Assembly: GCA_002104905.1 (NCBI GenBank)
Contig: MCFE01000170.1
Span: 62,001-126,000 of the forward strand
From: Basidiobolus meristosporus CBS 931.73
Lineage: Eukaryota > Fungi > Basidiobolomycota
DNA length: 64,000 bases
Direction: 5' to 3'
A program made the translations under genes and the position numbers. Positions 1-12,987 of the stretch are shown here, piece by piece. The stretch's first letter is position 1. Each line of letters starts with the position of its first letter. The notes below the pieces were generated by a model. It did no database searches, was not told the DNA's origin, and saw only the letters and a list, made by a program, of their open reading frames with translations.

Positions 1-20
1 TAATGTGAATCCATCAAGTG

Positions 21-631
21 CTAAGGCAAAGGCATGAGCTTCTTTAGATGGAGTATTATTGGAATATATCTGGAGAGTGAACTATGTTTTGCTCCTGTGG
101 TGGTGGATTCCTGACCAGTTGGGCACCTTGCAATGGTGGCATTTTCCAATGTGAATGCCATGCAGCTGTCATCACATGCCGGTATCAGGACAGTCTCTGG
201 AGTATATGTTGCCAGCTGCATGGTGATTGTCCAGTTGTACAAAGTACAAGGTAAGTTATGGCCTGAAAAGATTTTGGCAAGAAATAGTAGTAAATCCTCA
301 AAGCCCCCATTTTTGAAATTTGTGTGCACATGCTACTTCTCTGGCAACAATATCACATCATTTGCCAGTAGATAAATTACTGGGCTCACTTGGGTCCATA
401 GAGTATCCTCTGCATGGTTTCTATGGGTGTTATCTTATAGTGTATGGAGGTTTTGATAGGCTCATGCAAGGTACTGTTGTCAGTGGAGATAGGCTCACAA
501 TCCATCAGTGAGCCTCTTTCTATAGAGCAATCACTCTGTGGGTTATATTCACAAGGCTGAGTTGAGCCCAATGGCATCACAAACACACCTGACTCAGTTT
601 TTACATGGTAACAAGTATGGCCAGTTGCCAT
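21..631 (-). mobile_element. Decayed DNA-transposon fragment, probably CACTA/En-Spm-like transposase
   Basis: Minus ORF 21-329 has CDDSCMAFT...IARCP followed by YIPIILHL, resembling the C-x3-C-x-AF...CP and YIP motifs of fungal En-Spm transposases. The frame is broken and the sequence is CpG-poor. Confidence 0.4.
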
Positions 632-1186
632 TATAGAAGTATCAAGTGGTTAGCACAATATAGTTGGTACAGCAGAGATAAATGAGTGGTTAAATATCAC
701 TTGTATGCAAAACACTGTCCTTGATCCTAGTAGTACGTTCTTTGCTGTCCAGGTTGTGGTAAGGTAGTCATACCTCCCACCAACAAGTTTGTTCATATAG
801 CTTTAAAAATGCACATACCTATATTGTATCTTATCAGTGTTATACCATTGTTCTTTGTCCCAATTATTGGTATTACCCTCATATCATATTTACCGTGATT
901 AGTTGTTTGTATTAGTTATCCCAAATGTTATTCAGCTTTGTGATCACCATATGTATTCAACTTGGGCAGGTATCTGTATCAGTCCCTGTGACACATGACC
1001 TAGAACTATGTTACTGTCCCCCCATGTCAGTACCATTTGTGGTGTTATCTTTGTTGTACAGGTTTCAAACTACTGCTCCTTACTTGGTTGGATGTGCTAT
1101 GCCTTTTGAAATCTACCAGGACCTTTTTAGAGTATTTTTATCTTGTTCTTTTGTCATTAAGAACTCTAGTAATACCTGGAATCATC

Positions 1187-1555
1187 TGTTGAAATATTGG
1201 ACTATTTGGTATCATTCAGCAGCTAAAAATTTACTTAACAATTTTAGGCTAGTCTTAGTCACTGTAGGACTCACTTACTGCCTTAACTTTGCCACTTTCT
1301 CCAGATATATGATCTTATGATTATTCCCCTATAGTCAGGATCAAATTAGAACTATTACCAAACATTATGTACTAACCCTGAAACTGTTGCAGAATGCTCC
1401 TGAATATTGAGAAACCCTCCCTACTTAGTGTTGCAGCTGTATTACTTCTACAAAGGTATAAATACTGAGCTTCTTTATGAATAAACAACAGTTCAACTAT
1501 AATCACTATTTCTTGATAAGTTCCTTCTATCCAAATCACTTCTTAAATTGCAACA
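1187..1555 (+). repeat. 5' LTR of copia A1
   Basis: TG...CA direct repeat of 5501-5869; contains TATAAA and AATAAA. Confidence 0.97.
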
Positions 1556-1567
1556 GGTTATGAGCCC
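1556..1567 (+). promoter_or_regulatory. Primer-binding site GGTTATGAGCCC (tRNAiMet anticodon-arm, half-tRNA type)
   Basis: Directly abuts the LTR end; reverse complement of GGGCUCAUAACC, the initiator tRNA anticodon stem-loop used by Ty5/Drosophila copia-type elements. Confidence 0.88.
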
Positions 1568-1591
1568 CGATTGCCTTAATCTATTCTAAAG

Positions 1592-4500
1592 ATGACTTCT
1601 ACCAGCAAACAAAGCAATACCAACATCTTCCCTGTAAAGGAGAGGTTTGATGGGAAGAACTACAGACTTTGGAGAATCAAGATGCAGATCCACCTTGAGG
1701 AAAGAAAGCTTTGGAACATAGTAACAGGAAAGGAAGTTGAGCCCAAAGGAACAGCAGAAGATGTGGAGAAGTTTCAAGAGAAGGAGAGAAAGGCCTTCAA
1801 TGCAATATGCATCAATGTGCAAGACTCCTTCATTGGACAAATCCATGCCTCAAATACTGCCAAAGCAGCATGGGAATCCTTAAAGAAGATATTTAGAGCA
1901 AAGTCAGTATCAAGCAAGCTTTATTTGAAACAAAAGTTCTTCAACATGAGAAAAAAGCCAGATGATGACATGCTACAACTCATTACCAGAATGGAGACAC
2001 TTGCAGAAGAACTTTACAGTATTAATGCTGGTGTAGATGATGAAGAAAAGATACTCTGTCTGCTTTGTAGCCTACCAGACAAGTATGAGCCACTCATACT
2101 TTCTTTTGAAAGCAGAGAAGACAACTTGACTTTAGACTATGTCAAAGGAAGACTTCTCCATGAAGAACTCAGACGTAATGATCAAGCAGAGAAAATTGAA
2201 GATAATGCTTTATTCAGTTCAGAAAGGCATACAGAAAAGAAGAGAAAGCAACAAAACCGAAGAAAAACCTGTCTGCTGTAACTACTGTAAGAAGCCAGGA
2301 CACTGGGCAAGAGAATGCAAGAAGAAACAAGCAGACAAAAAACAGAAACTAGAGCAGGCATACTATATAACTACTGATGAACAGTTATTTGTCACTGTAC
2401 AAGAGAGTGCAAGTAACCAAAGTAATGAATGGTATATTGACTCTGGAGCATCACAGCATATTTGCGGTATAAAGGATTGGTTCAGCAACTTAAAGACTAT
2501 TCCCGTAAGAAAGGTTTATCTGGGAGATAACTCTGCATTGGAAGCTACCGCCAGTGGGTCTATACAACTAAATATGAGTGATAACTCAGGGGCAACAACA
2601 GCAAAACTGACTGACATACTCTATGTACCTGGAATAGGTAAGAACCTACTCTCAGTCAGTAAAGCAACTACTCAGGGACTGAAATTTGTTTTTACTAAGC
2701 TGAGCTGCTCAATATTGAGTGAAAATGGACAAAAATTAGCTTTGGGAATCAGAGATCACAATATATACAAGTTACAATGCAAGATCATTGTACCTGAGTA
2801 TGTCAACATTGCTGAAACTGATGAAACCAACTGGAAGACATGGCATAGGAGGCTAGGACACATAGGGGAACAGAAAATGAGCCAATTGGTGAAAAATCAG
2901 CTTATTTTGGGCCTAAAATACTCAATTCCAATCAAATTGAATGTTTGTAAGGGATGTTCATATGGCTAACAAGCTAGGCAACGTTTCAAGAGCTCAGAAG
3001 GCATCAATACCACCGAAATATTGGCTATTGTACACTCAGACATATGTGGCCCCATGAGAACACTGTCCTTTGGAGCCAAGAGATACTTTATGACGTTTAT
3101 TCATGACAAGACAAGATATACATGGGTGTACTTCCTCAAAACAAGGGATGAAGCTTTAGAGACGTTTAAGCACTTCAAGAACATGGCAGAAACACAAACT
3201 GGGTGTAAATTGAAGGTACTACGAAGTGACAATGGAGGAGAATACTGCTCAAAGGAGTTTGCAAAATACTGCTTGTCTACTGGTATACTTCAACAGACCA
3301 CAGTTCCTCATACTCCACAGCAAAATGGAGTAGCAGAATGTGCAAATAGAACAATAGTAGAGATGGGAAGATCCATGCTACATGATAAGGGAATGGACTA
3401 CAAGTTTTGGGCTGAATCTGTTGCTACCGCTGTATACATCAAGAACAGATGCCCAACAACAGCACTACGTGATTCTACACCCTTTGAAGCATATACAGGC
3501 AAAAAACCAGATCTCCAGCACCTCAGGATCTTTGGCAGTGATGTTTTTTATCACATCCCTGACAAAAAACGCTCAAAGTTGGAACCAAAGAGTAGAAAAG
3601 GGATCTTTCTTGGGTATTGTGAAGACACTAAAGGCTATAGTGTATGATGGCAAAATTCAGAAGCTGATCAAGAGCAGTGACGTTGTATTTGAGGAGAATT
3701 CAGATCAGAAAGCCACGGAAATCATTGGCCAGCTGCCAGATGATGCAATCAACACAAATGAAGAAGAAACGTACCAAATCCAGCCAGAGATGGAAGATAC
3801 TTCTACCAGTTCCAGATCAGAACAGATTATCCCAGTTAGGAGATCTACCAGAATAAGAAATGCCCCTGGACCCTGGTGGCAGACATCCAATGATCATGAA
3901 GAAGCTTATCTTGCCTTATGTGCGGAACCTCAGAATCTGGAACAGGCAATGCAAGGTCCAGATGCTACTAAGTGGCAACAAGCCATGCAGGAGGAGTACC
4001 AATCACTGATCAAGGCAAAAACGTGGGAACTGGTAGATTTACCAAATGGGAGAAAGCCAATAGGATGTAGATGGGTCTACAAGATCAAGATAACCTCAAA
4101 TGGTGCCGTTGATAAGTACAAGGCTAGATTGGTAGCTAAAGGCTATTCCCAGATCCAGGGACTAGACTTTAAGGAAACATTTGCTACGGTTGCCAAGTTT
4201 AACTCTATTAGGACAGTTCTAGCCCTGGCAGCTGTACACAGCCTAGATCTACACCAAATGGACGTCAAAACAGCCTTCTAAATGGGGATTTGCAAGAAAC
4301 TATATATATGGAGCAACCAGAAGGTTTACCGATCCCAAAAGCCCCCATAAGGTGTGCAAACTTAGAAAATCGCTGTATGAGCTTAAGCAGGCACCCAGAG
4401 CATGGTATAACAAGATTGACACATATCTAGAGGAAATTGGGTTCCCTCGTAGCACTGCAGATCACAGTATATATGTGAAACAGCTCAAAAAGGGTGTGAT

Positions 4501-5506
4501 CATTCTAGTTCTTTATGTGGACGACCTAATTATAGCTACAAGTGATCAAGAGGCACTTAAACAGACAAAATCAGATCTCTTCAGCAAGTTTGAGATGAAA
4601 GATCTTGCAAAATTGAGCTATTTTCTTGGAATTGAGGTCAAATTTGACATACCTACGCAGAAAATTGTGCTGAATCAGTCTAAGTACATCAGGGACATTC
4701 TTAGACGCTTCAAAATGGAAAATTGCAAACCTGCAGCAACCCCTATGGACAATAACCTGAAATTAAGCAAATCTCAGCCAGTTATAGATGAAAACAGCTC
4801 AAATACGGACCAAAACTTTCCCTATCAATCAATGGTTGGTAGCCTAATGTACTTGATGGTGTCTACACGTCCAGATATTGCAGTAGCAGTTGGAATAGTT
4901 AGTCAATTCATGCAGAATTATGGATCAGATCAAATTGCAGCAGTTAAGCGGATTTTCAGACATCTACAAGGTACCATAAATATGGTACTGGATTACTCTG
5001 GAGCAGCTAATAGGCAAAAATATGATGGTTATAGTGATTCAGATTGTGGGAGGGATCTGATTGACAGATGCTCTACCACAGGCTATGTATTTCTTTATGC
5101 TGGTGCAGCTATTACTTGGAATTGCAAGAAACAACCAAATGTGGCACTATCTACAACTGAAGCCAAATATATGGCTGCATGTCAAGCAACTAAGGAGGTT
5201 ATATGGCTACAAAAATTATTCAAAGACTTAGGTTTTAATTCAGGTGAACCAATATCTATTTACAAGGATAATCAAAGTTGTATTTCATTAGCTAGAAATC
5301 CTACTAATCATGCCAGAACTAAGCACATTGAAATACAGCATCACTTTGTGAGGGAAGCTGTAGGAAATAACTTAGTGGAGCTGGTTTACTGCCCAACTGA
5401 CAAAATGGTGGCAGACATATTGACAAAACCACTAGCTAGGCCACAGTTTGAGATCCTTAGAGAGAAATTGGGATTAAGAAGTTATTTAGTTGAGGGGGAG
5501 TGTTGA
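1592..5506 (+). pseudogene. Copia gag-pol polyprotein, disrupted
   Basis: Gag (UBN2-like), CNYCKKPGHWAREC knuckle, WYIDSGAS protease, WHRRLGH/HSDICGP/SDNGGEY integrase, YVDD RT, RNase H (ADILTK). Four frameshifts (~2250, ~3640, ~4280, ~4325), a TAA at 2967, and integrase FIDD changed to FIHD. Confidence 0.95.
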
Positions 5507-5869
5507 AATATTGGACTATTTGGTATCATTCAGCAGCTAAAAATTTACTTAACAATTTTAGGCTAGTCTTAGTCACTGTAGGACTCACTTACTGCCTTAA
5601 CTTTGCCACTTTCTCCAGATATATGATCTTATGATTATTCCCTTATAGTCAGGATCAAATTAGCACTATTACCAAACATTATGTACTAACCCTGAAACTG
5701 TTGCAGAATGCTCCTGAATATTGAGAAACCCTCCCTACTTAGTGTTGCAGCTGTATTACTTCTACAAAGGTATAAATACTGAGCTTCTTTATGAATAAAC
5801 AACAGTTCAACTATTATCACTATTTCTTGATAAGTTCCTTCTATCCAAATCACTTCTTAAATTGCAACA
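5501..5869 (+). repeat. 3' LTR of copia A1
   Basis: Preceded by polypurine tract and followed by TSD TCATC. Confidence 0.97.
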
Positions 5870-6247
5870 TCATCTGGATCCTTGTCATCAGTGCTCACTC
5901 AGCAATCAGGAAAAGTATTTAAGGTAAGTCAATTCCTCATCACTGAATCATCCCTTTTATTGGTAGCACTTCTCCATTATTGATTAGCAGCTGATCACTG
6001 CACTTACCTTCTACAATTAGACCTCAGACTTTCCCTAAAGGAGCTTTTCAAGGTAATGAACAAGACACACGGAGGCCTTTGGAGACACCTGGAGCACTTA
6101 GGCAGCTAGAGAAGATAGTGGCAGCTAGTACCATAGTGACATATTGACAAAGAATCCAAAACTTTGAACCCAAAGGCTATTACACACAGCCACCTCACAC
6201 ACCTTGAGTTCTGTAACTTCTCCCAGGAGTCCCTCTATACCACCACA

Positions 6248-7590
6248 GCATGCTTCTTTGCTGGTAGGCTTGCTACAATAGCCAAAAGGTCTTTTTCTCT
6301 TCTGCTATGGGATTGTTTCATGGTAGTCTTCTCCATGGGGCAAAGAGTTTGACACTCATTGATGTAGTGCTGTCATATCACTATTTTGTCAATACTTATG
6401 TGAATATATGACAGTCCTGTACTTGGGACATTGCACCTACATGAATGTAAGATTCAGTGATGACTTGCCATAGTAAGAATATTGAACAATGTTGTGGTAC
6501 CACATATATATATATATGTAACAACATTTCCCCTTGGCTTGACTCACTTCCATATGTATCCTGCCAAAAAATAAAACAAAGTTAACTAGTTCCCAATCAA
6601 GCCCCATTGTTGACAGCAGCAGAAGAATGGTTGGACAACAACTTGTTTGGACATTTAGTGCAATAAGCAGGGATACATCTAAAAAATGTTGACAAGGTTT
6701 GCACTGAAGGCAAAAATATAGACTCCTCAGGCTCTCATTGAAGTAGACAAATGAGAGTCTCTGCAGAGCTACTAGCTGACCACAGTGTTCAGGCATACTA
6801 GATTTTAGCAAGCACAGTACCATTGGTCAAAGACTTGCAAGTGACTGTCATAACATCGCCTCAACCCTTCCTAGTTAATATGTTGTCAGCTGATACTAAA
6901 GCATTAATGAGGCAATTAGGTGCAGTGGCTGATAGGATGGATTCAATGGCACAGATAAATTAAGAAATAATCCGGAAACAGAATGCATGGATAATTCATG
7001 TGGAGCAATCAATACCCAGGGTAGAAAATGCAATATCTTAGCTGCAAAGAAGGAGCTCAGGTAGTTCAATGTCACAGACAAGAATTGAGCTGTATCCTGA
7101 TATAACAGCCCAGGAACACTGTACACTCTTTGAAGCACATCACAAGTGCCCAGCAATAAAGCCCACAGAAAACCTATCATAATATGGGAGCAAGCAACAG
7201 TGTTTTTCATGCACAAGCCCAAGAATCAAAAGACATTGTACAGCTGTGAAGCAACTGAGCGCAATGCAGAAGTGTAGTCTAATATTTAAGAGGCTGTTAG
7301 AAGTCTAGCACATCATTATCTTAAGGCCAGCATAACATGGGACCATCAGGAACTCAAGGCCAAACAGAATGAGGTTGAATTGTTCCATGAGCATGATCCT
7401 GAATTCAAAGCAAGCACACAGATTTTGGGCCAGTTTTGTAATGCTAACAAAGTTTCTCAAGAATAGCAGAAACTATCAAAGGGAGAAGAACAAGGGTGCC
7501 ATGGCTAAAAGCAGTGGCTTCATTAAGAGCTTGTCACAAGCAGGGCTGAATGCTCTTAACATGCTGCAAAGTAACAGCAGGTAGCCAGAA
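6248..7590 (+). repeat. Unidentified decayed repeat, family D copy 1
   Basis: Colinear with 24338-24912 plus 25647-25750. A residual + frame is shared by both copies (PLLxAEEWL..AGxHLK..DSSG..SAELLA..PLVxDxQV..QPxLxNML). Confidence 0.65.
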
Positions 7591-8182
7591 TAGTGCTGCA
7601 ATCTAGGAAGTTTTTAGGATATAAGAGGCTTGTTAAAAAGTAGTGATAATATTTGAACTATTGGGTATTCATAAAGAAAAGCAGTATTTGTATCTTTGTG
7701 GATGTAATACAGCTGTAACACCAAGTAAGTAGGGTTTCTTGACATTCAGGAACATTCTGTTACAGTTTTATGGTTAGTAAATAATATTTGGAAAGAATGT
7801 AATATGATCTTGGCTATAGCAGAGTAATTGTAGTATCATAGATCTGAAGAAACTGGCAAAGTTGTGGCTGTAAGATGATCCACCAGTGACCAAGACTAGT
7901 CTTGATATGTTAAGTAAATATGTTGCTGCTGAATGAAGCCAAATTGTCTAATATTTCATCACTTCCCCTCAACTGAATATTTCCTTAATCCTACTTCCTC
8001 TCTAAGACTCTCAAATTGTGGTCTAGCTATTGGCTTTTTCTGTATATCTGCCACCATTTTGTCAGTTGGACACTAAACTAACTCTACTAAGTTATATTGT
8101 ACAGCTTCCCTCACAAAGTGATTTTGTATATCTGTTTGCTCAGTTCTAGCATGATTAGTAGAATTCTGAGGTAATGAAATAC

Positions 8183-8473
8183 TGCTATGCTCTACTGCTT
8201 CAATGTTTGAGTTAGATTGGTTTTTAGTCAAACCAATTATTTATATGTTCAGCATAATAATATATCAGTATTATCTATCAAATCAGTAGCAATAGTCAGC
8301 AAATGAATCAGCAGCTCCTTATCAGACAGAAATAGATATACTAAGTAGGATCTTATTGGGTGATGCTGATGCAATCAAATGAGTCATCAGCCACAGCCTA
8401 CATTCGGAAGAACAATTAGCCCACAAGATAAACTCCCTATTCCTCTACTGCTCTTATATCAAGACTTGTAGCA
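8183..8473 (+). repeat. Solo gypsy family-B LTR (internally deleted) in the RNase H region of A2
   Basis: Homologous to the LTRs at 13155/17689; 4-bp TSD ATAC (8179-8182, 8474-8477); A1 has a single GTAT at 5280-5283. Confidence 0.85.
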
Positions 8474-11037
8474 ATACAACTTTGATCATCTTTGTATAAA
8501 CATGTTGGTTCGGCTTAGTTACAACCTAAGTCTTTGAAAAATATTTGTAGCCACATAGCCTCCTCAGTTGCTTGCCAAGCAGCCATATATTCAACTTCAA
8601 TTGTAGATAGGGCCACAGTTGGTTGTTTCTTGCAACTCCAATTGATAGCTGCACCAGCATAAAGATATACATACCTAGTGGTAAAGCATCTGTCAGTCAG
8701 ATCCCTACTCCAATCTGAATTACTATCACAATCAAATTTTTACCAAATTGGTGCTCTCAAGTATACCAGTATCATATATAGCTTACCATGTAGATATCTG
8801 AAGATTTTCTTAACTGCTGTAATTTGATCTGATCCATAATTCTGCATGAATTGACTGAGTATTCCAGCTGCCACTGCAATGTCTGGCATATCAACAATAT
8901 TGAGTACATCAGACTACCAATTATTGATTGATAAAGAGGGTATCGGTCCATACTTGAGCCATCTTCACGCAAAACTGGCTGAGATTTGCTCAATTTTAAA
9001 TCATTGTCCATGGGGGTAGTTGCATGCTTGCTGATTCCAATATTGGAGCATTTTACAGTGTCCCTGATGTACTTGTACAGATTGAGCACAATTTTCTGGG
9101 TAGGTATGTTAAACTTCACTTCAAATCCAACAAAATAGCTCAATTTTCCAAGATATGTCATCTCAAACTTGCTGAAGAGTTCTGATTTACCCTGCTTTAG
9201 TGCCTCCTGGTCACTTGCACCCATTATTGGCTCATCCACATAAAGAATAAGGATGATTGCATCCTTTTTGGGCTGTTTCATATATATACTGCAATCTGCA
9301 GTGCTACAGACTAACCCAATCTCCTTCAAATATGTTTCATTCTTGTAATGCCATGCTCTAGTTGCTTGTATAAGCCCTCACAACAACTTTTCAGGTCTGC
9401 ACACCTTATGCTGGCCCTCTGGATTGGTAAAACCTTCCGGTTGTTTCACAAACAGAGCTTCTTGCAAATTCCCATTTAGAAAGGTTGTTTTGACATCTAT
9501 CTGATGAAGAATTAGATTTTGTACAGGTGCCAGGGCTAGAACTACTCTAATTGAGTTAAGTCTGGCATCCAGATCAAGTGTTTCTTTAAAGTACAGTCTC
9601 CAAATCTGAGAATTGTCTTTAGCCACTAATCTAGCCTTGTAATTATCAATGGTACCATTTCAGGTTATCTTAATCTTGTTGACCCATCTCCAGCCTATTA
9701 GCTTTCTCCCTTTTGATAAGTCTGCCAGTTCCAATGTTTTTGCCTTGATGAGTGATTGGTACTCCTCCTGCATGGCTTGTTGCTGCATAGTAGCACCTAG
9801 ATATTGCATTGCCTGTTTGAGATTCTGTGGCTTGGCACTTAAGGCAAGATAAGCTTCCTTACAATCATTGCATGTCTGTCACCAGGATCCAAGAGCATTT
9901 GTTATTCTGGTAGATCTCCCAGCTGATATAATCTGCTCAGATCTGGAACTTGTAGAATTATCTTCTGTATCTGGCTGAATTAGGTATGTGTCTTCTTCAT
10001 TAGTGTTGATTGCATCATCAGGCAGCTGACCAACAAATGCATAGGCTTTCTGATATGAATTCTCCTCAAATACAATATCCTTGCTCTTGATCAGCTTTTC
10101 AGTTTTGCCATCACACACTCTATACCCTGGAGTATGATCACAATACCCAATATATATCCCTACTCTACTCTTTGGTTCCAGTTTTGAGTGTTTTTCATCA
10201 GGGATGCAATAAAGACATCCTGAAAAAGATCATTATGTAGTGGAGGTGTAGTGTTTTGCCTGTATGTGCTTCAAAGAGTGTAGAATCACATAGTGCTGTT
10301 GTTGGCCATTGATTCTTTATGTATATCATGGTGGCTACAAATTCAGTTCAAAACCTGTAGTCCATTCCCTGATTGTATAGCATAGATCTTCCCATCTCTA
10401 CTATTGTTCTATTTGCGCTTTCTGCTACTCCATTTTGCTGTGGAGTGTGTGGAACAGTGATCTGTTGAAGTATACCAGTAGATGAGGAATATTTTGCAAA
10501 CTCCATTGAGAAGTATTACCCTTAACTGTCACCTCAGAGTGCCTTCAATTTACATCTAATTTGTGTCTCCGTCATGTTCCTATAGTGTTTAAGCATTGTT
10601 AGAGGCTCATCCTTTGCTTTGAGGTAGTACACCCATGTATTACTTGCTTGTGATGAGTAAATGTTATAAAGTATTACTTGGCTCCAACAGAGAGTGTTCT
10701 TATGGGTCCATATATGTCTGAGTGCACAATGGCCAGTATTTTGGTGGTGTTAATACCTCCTGAGCTGATGAAACATTGCCCAGCTTGTTTGCCATATGAG
10801 TATCCCTTGCAGACACTCATTTTGATTGGAATTCAGTAATTTGAGCCTAAACAAGTTGATTTTTCACCAATTGACTTGTTTTCTGCTACCTATTGTGTCC
10901 TAGCCTCCTATGCCATGTCTCCCACCTAGTTTCATCAGTTTCAGCAACGCTGATATACTCAGGTACAATGATCTTGAATAGTAACTTGTACTTAATTTGA
11001 CCCCTGATTCCCAAAGCTATTTTTGCCAATTTTCACT

Positions 11038-11405
11038 TGTTATGATCTGCCGCTTGAATGTTTAAGTTGGATCAGTTTTTAGTCAAATCAATTAGTTGTT
11101 TGTTTAGGTCATCAGTATATCAGTATTATCTATCATATCAGTAGCATTAGTCAGCAAATGAATCCGCAGATCCTTATCAGACAGAAATAGATATATTAAG
11201 TAGGATCTTATTGGGTGATGATGATGTAATCAAATGAGTCATCAGCTACAACCTACATTAAAAATACAATTAGTCAGCAATTGATCTGGCAAAATGTATA
11301 TAAGGAGCTGCTGAAACCTCAATAAAGATCAGTTCAAGTTTTAGTGAATACAATACTAGCTAAACTCCCTATTCCTCTACAACTCTTATACCAAGACTTG
11401 TAATA
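11038..11405 (+). repeat. Solo gypsy family-B LTR in A2, downstream of protease
   Basis: TGTTATGATC...CTTGTAATA; 4-bp TSD CACT (11034-11037, 11406-11409); A1 empty site AGTG at 2718-2721. Confidence 0.92.
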
Positions 11406-12618
11406 CACTCAATTTTGAGCAGCTCAGCTTTGTAAAGATATATTGCAGTGCCTGAGCAGTTGCCTTACTGACTGAGAGTAGGTTCTTAGATTTTCCAGGT
11501 ACATGGAGTATATCAGTCACTTTTGCTGTTGTAGCCCCTGAGATATAACTCATGGTTAGTTGTATAAACCCACTGTAGGTAGCTTCCAGTGCAGAGTTGT
11601 CTCCAAGATAAACCTTTCTCCTGGGCATAGTCTTTAAGTTGCCATGCCACACCTATATACTATGTGTATACTGTGATGCTCCAGAGTCAACTTAACACTC
11701 ATTACTTCAGTTACTTGCACTTTTTGTACAGTACATATAACTGTTCATTGGTAGTTATATGGTTTGCCTGCTCCAGTTTCTGTTTTTTGTCTGCTTATTC
11801 TTTCTTGCTTTCTCTTGCCCAGTGTCCTGGCTTGTTACAATACTTAGAGCAACCAAATTTTCTTTGGTTTTGTTGCTTTGCCTTTTTTCTGTGTGCCTTT
11901 CTGAGCTGAATAAGGCATTTTCTTCAATTTTCTCTTCTTGATCAATACATTTGCAACTCAATAACAACAAACAAACGTGACCAGTGAATATCATATAAAT
12001 CATCTAATTTGCCATTTCACTTCCAATATATCTCTCTAATATCTTGACAGACTTCTCCATGAGGAACTCAGATCTAATGATCAAGCAGAAAAAAATGAAG
12101 ATAATGCTTTATTCTACTCTGAAAGGCACACAGAAAATAAGGAATATCAACAAAACCAGAGAAAACCTGGTTGCTGTTACTACTGTAAGAAGCCAGGGCA
12201 TTGGGAAAGAGAATGGAACAAGAAACAAGCTGACAAAAACTGAGACTAGAGCAGGCACACCATAAAACTACTGATAGACTGTTATTTGCAGTTGTAGAAG
12301 TGAGTGCAAGTAATCATATTTATGAATGGTATATTGACTCTGGAGCATCACTGCATACTTGTGGTATTAAGGACTTGCTCAACAACTTAAAGACAACTTC
12401 TGTAAGAAAGGTTCATCTGGGAGACAACTCTGCACTGGAAGCTACCTCCAATGGGTCTATGCAGACAAATATGAGAGATAACTCAGGTACAACATTAGCA
12501 AAACTGACTGATGTACTCTATGTGCCAGGAAAGGCTGAGAACCTACTCTCAGTCAGTAAAGCAACTGCTCAGGCACTGCAATATATCTTTACAAAGCTGA
12601 GCTGCTCAATATTGAGTG

Positions 12619-12987
12619 TGTTAAAAGTCTTGGTATAATAGTTGTAGAGGAATAGGGAGTTTAGCTAGTATTGTATTCACTAAAACTTGAACTGATCTTG
12701 ATTGAGCTTCCAGCAGCTCCATATATACATTTTGCCAGATCAATTGCTGGCTAATTGTATTTCCTAATTTAGGTTGTGGCTGATGACTCATTTGATTGCA
12801 TCATCATCACCCAATAGAATCCTACTTAATATATCTATTTCTGTCTGATAAGGATCTGCTGATTCATTTGCTGACTAATGTTACTGATATGATAGATAAT
12901 ACTGATATACTGATAGCCTAAACATATAACTAATTGATTTGACTAAAAACTGATATAACTTAAACATTCCAGCGGCAGATCATAACA
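12619..12987 (-). repeat. Recombinant solo family-B LTR with unmatched flanks
   Basis: Full LTR. Its left flank AGTG corresponds to A1 position ~2721 and its right flank CAGG to A1 ~4955, so ~2.2 kb of copia is missing across it. Confidence 0.85.

Larger units (their letters stand above)
1187..5869 (+). mobile_element. Full-length Ty1/copia LTR retrotransposon, family A copy A1 (defective)
   Basis: 369-bp LTRs at 1187-1555 and 5501-5869 (TGTTG...CAACA, 3 mismatches); 5-bp TSD TCATC (1182-1186, 5870-5874); PBS at 1556; PPT GAGGGGGAG at 5492-5500; domain order gag-PR-IN-RT-RNH. Confidence 0.97.
755..6247. repeat. LTR-like element family C, copy 1 (~805 bp net), split by the copia insertion at 1187-5874
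   Basis: Starts TGTGGT, ends ACCACCACA. Shares colinear blocks (GTGACACATGA, ACAGGTTTCA, GGTTGGATGTGCT, GTCATTAAGA, ATCATCCCTTTT, TGATCACTGC) with 22714-23784. Flanks (AGGT vs GCAT) do not match, so there is no TSD. Confidence 0.6.
7594..11950 (-). mobile_element. Degenerate copia family A copy A2 (3' LTR 7594-7961; 5' LTR and most of gag missing)
   Basis: Reverse complement of 7594-7961 aligns to the A1 LTR; PPT GAGGGGAAG; RT/RNH, IN and PR remnants (ORFs 8772-9329, 9378-9626, 9879-10118, 11386-11652) parallel A1. Confidence 0.9.
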
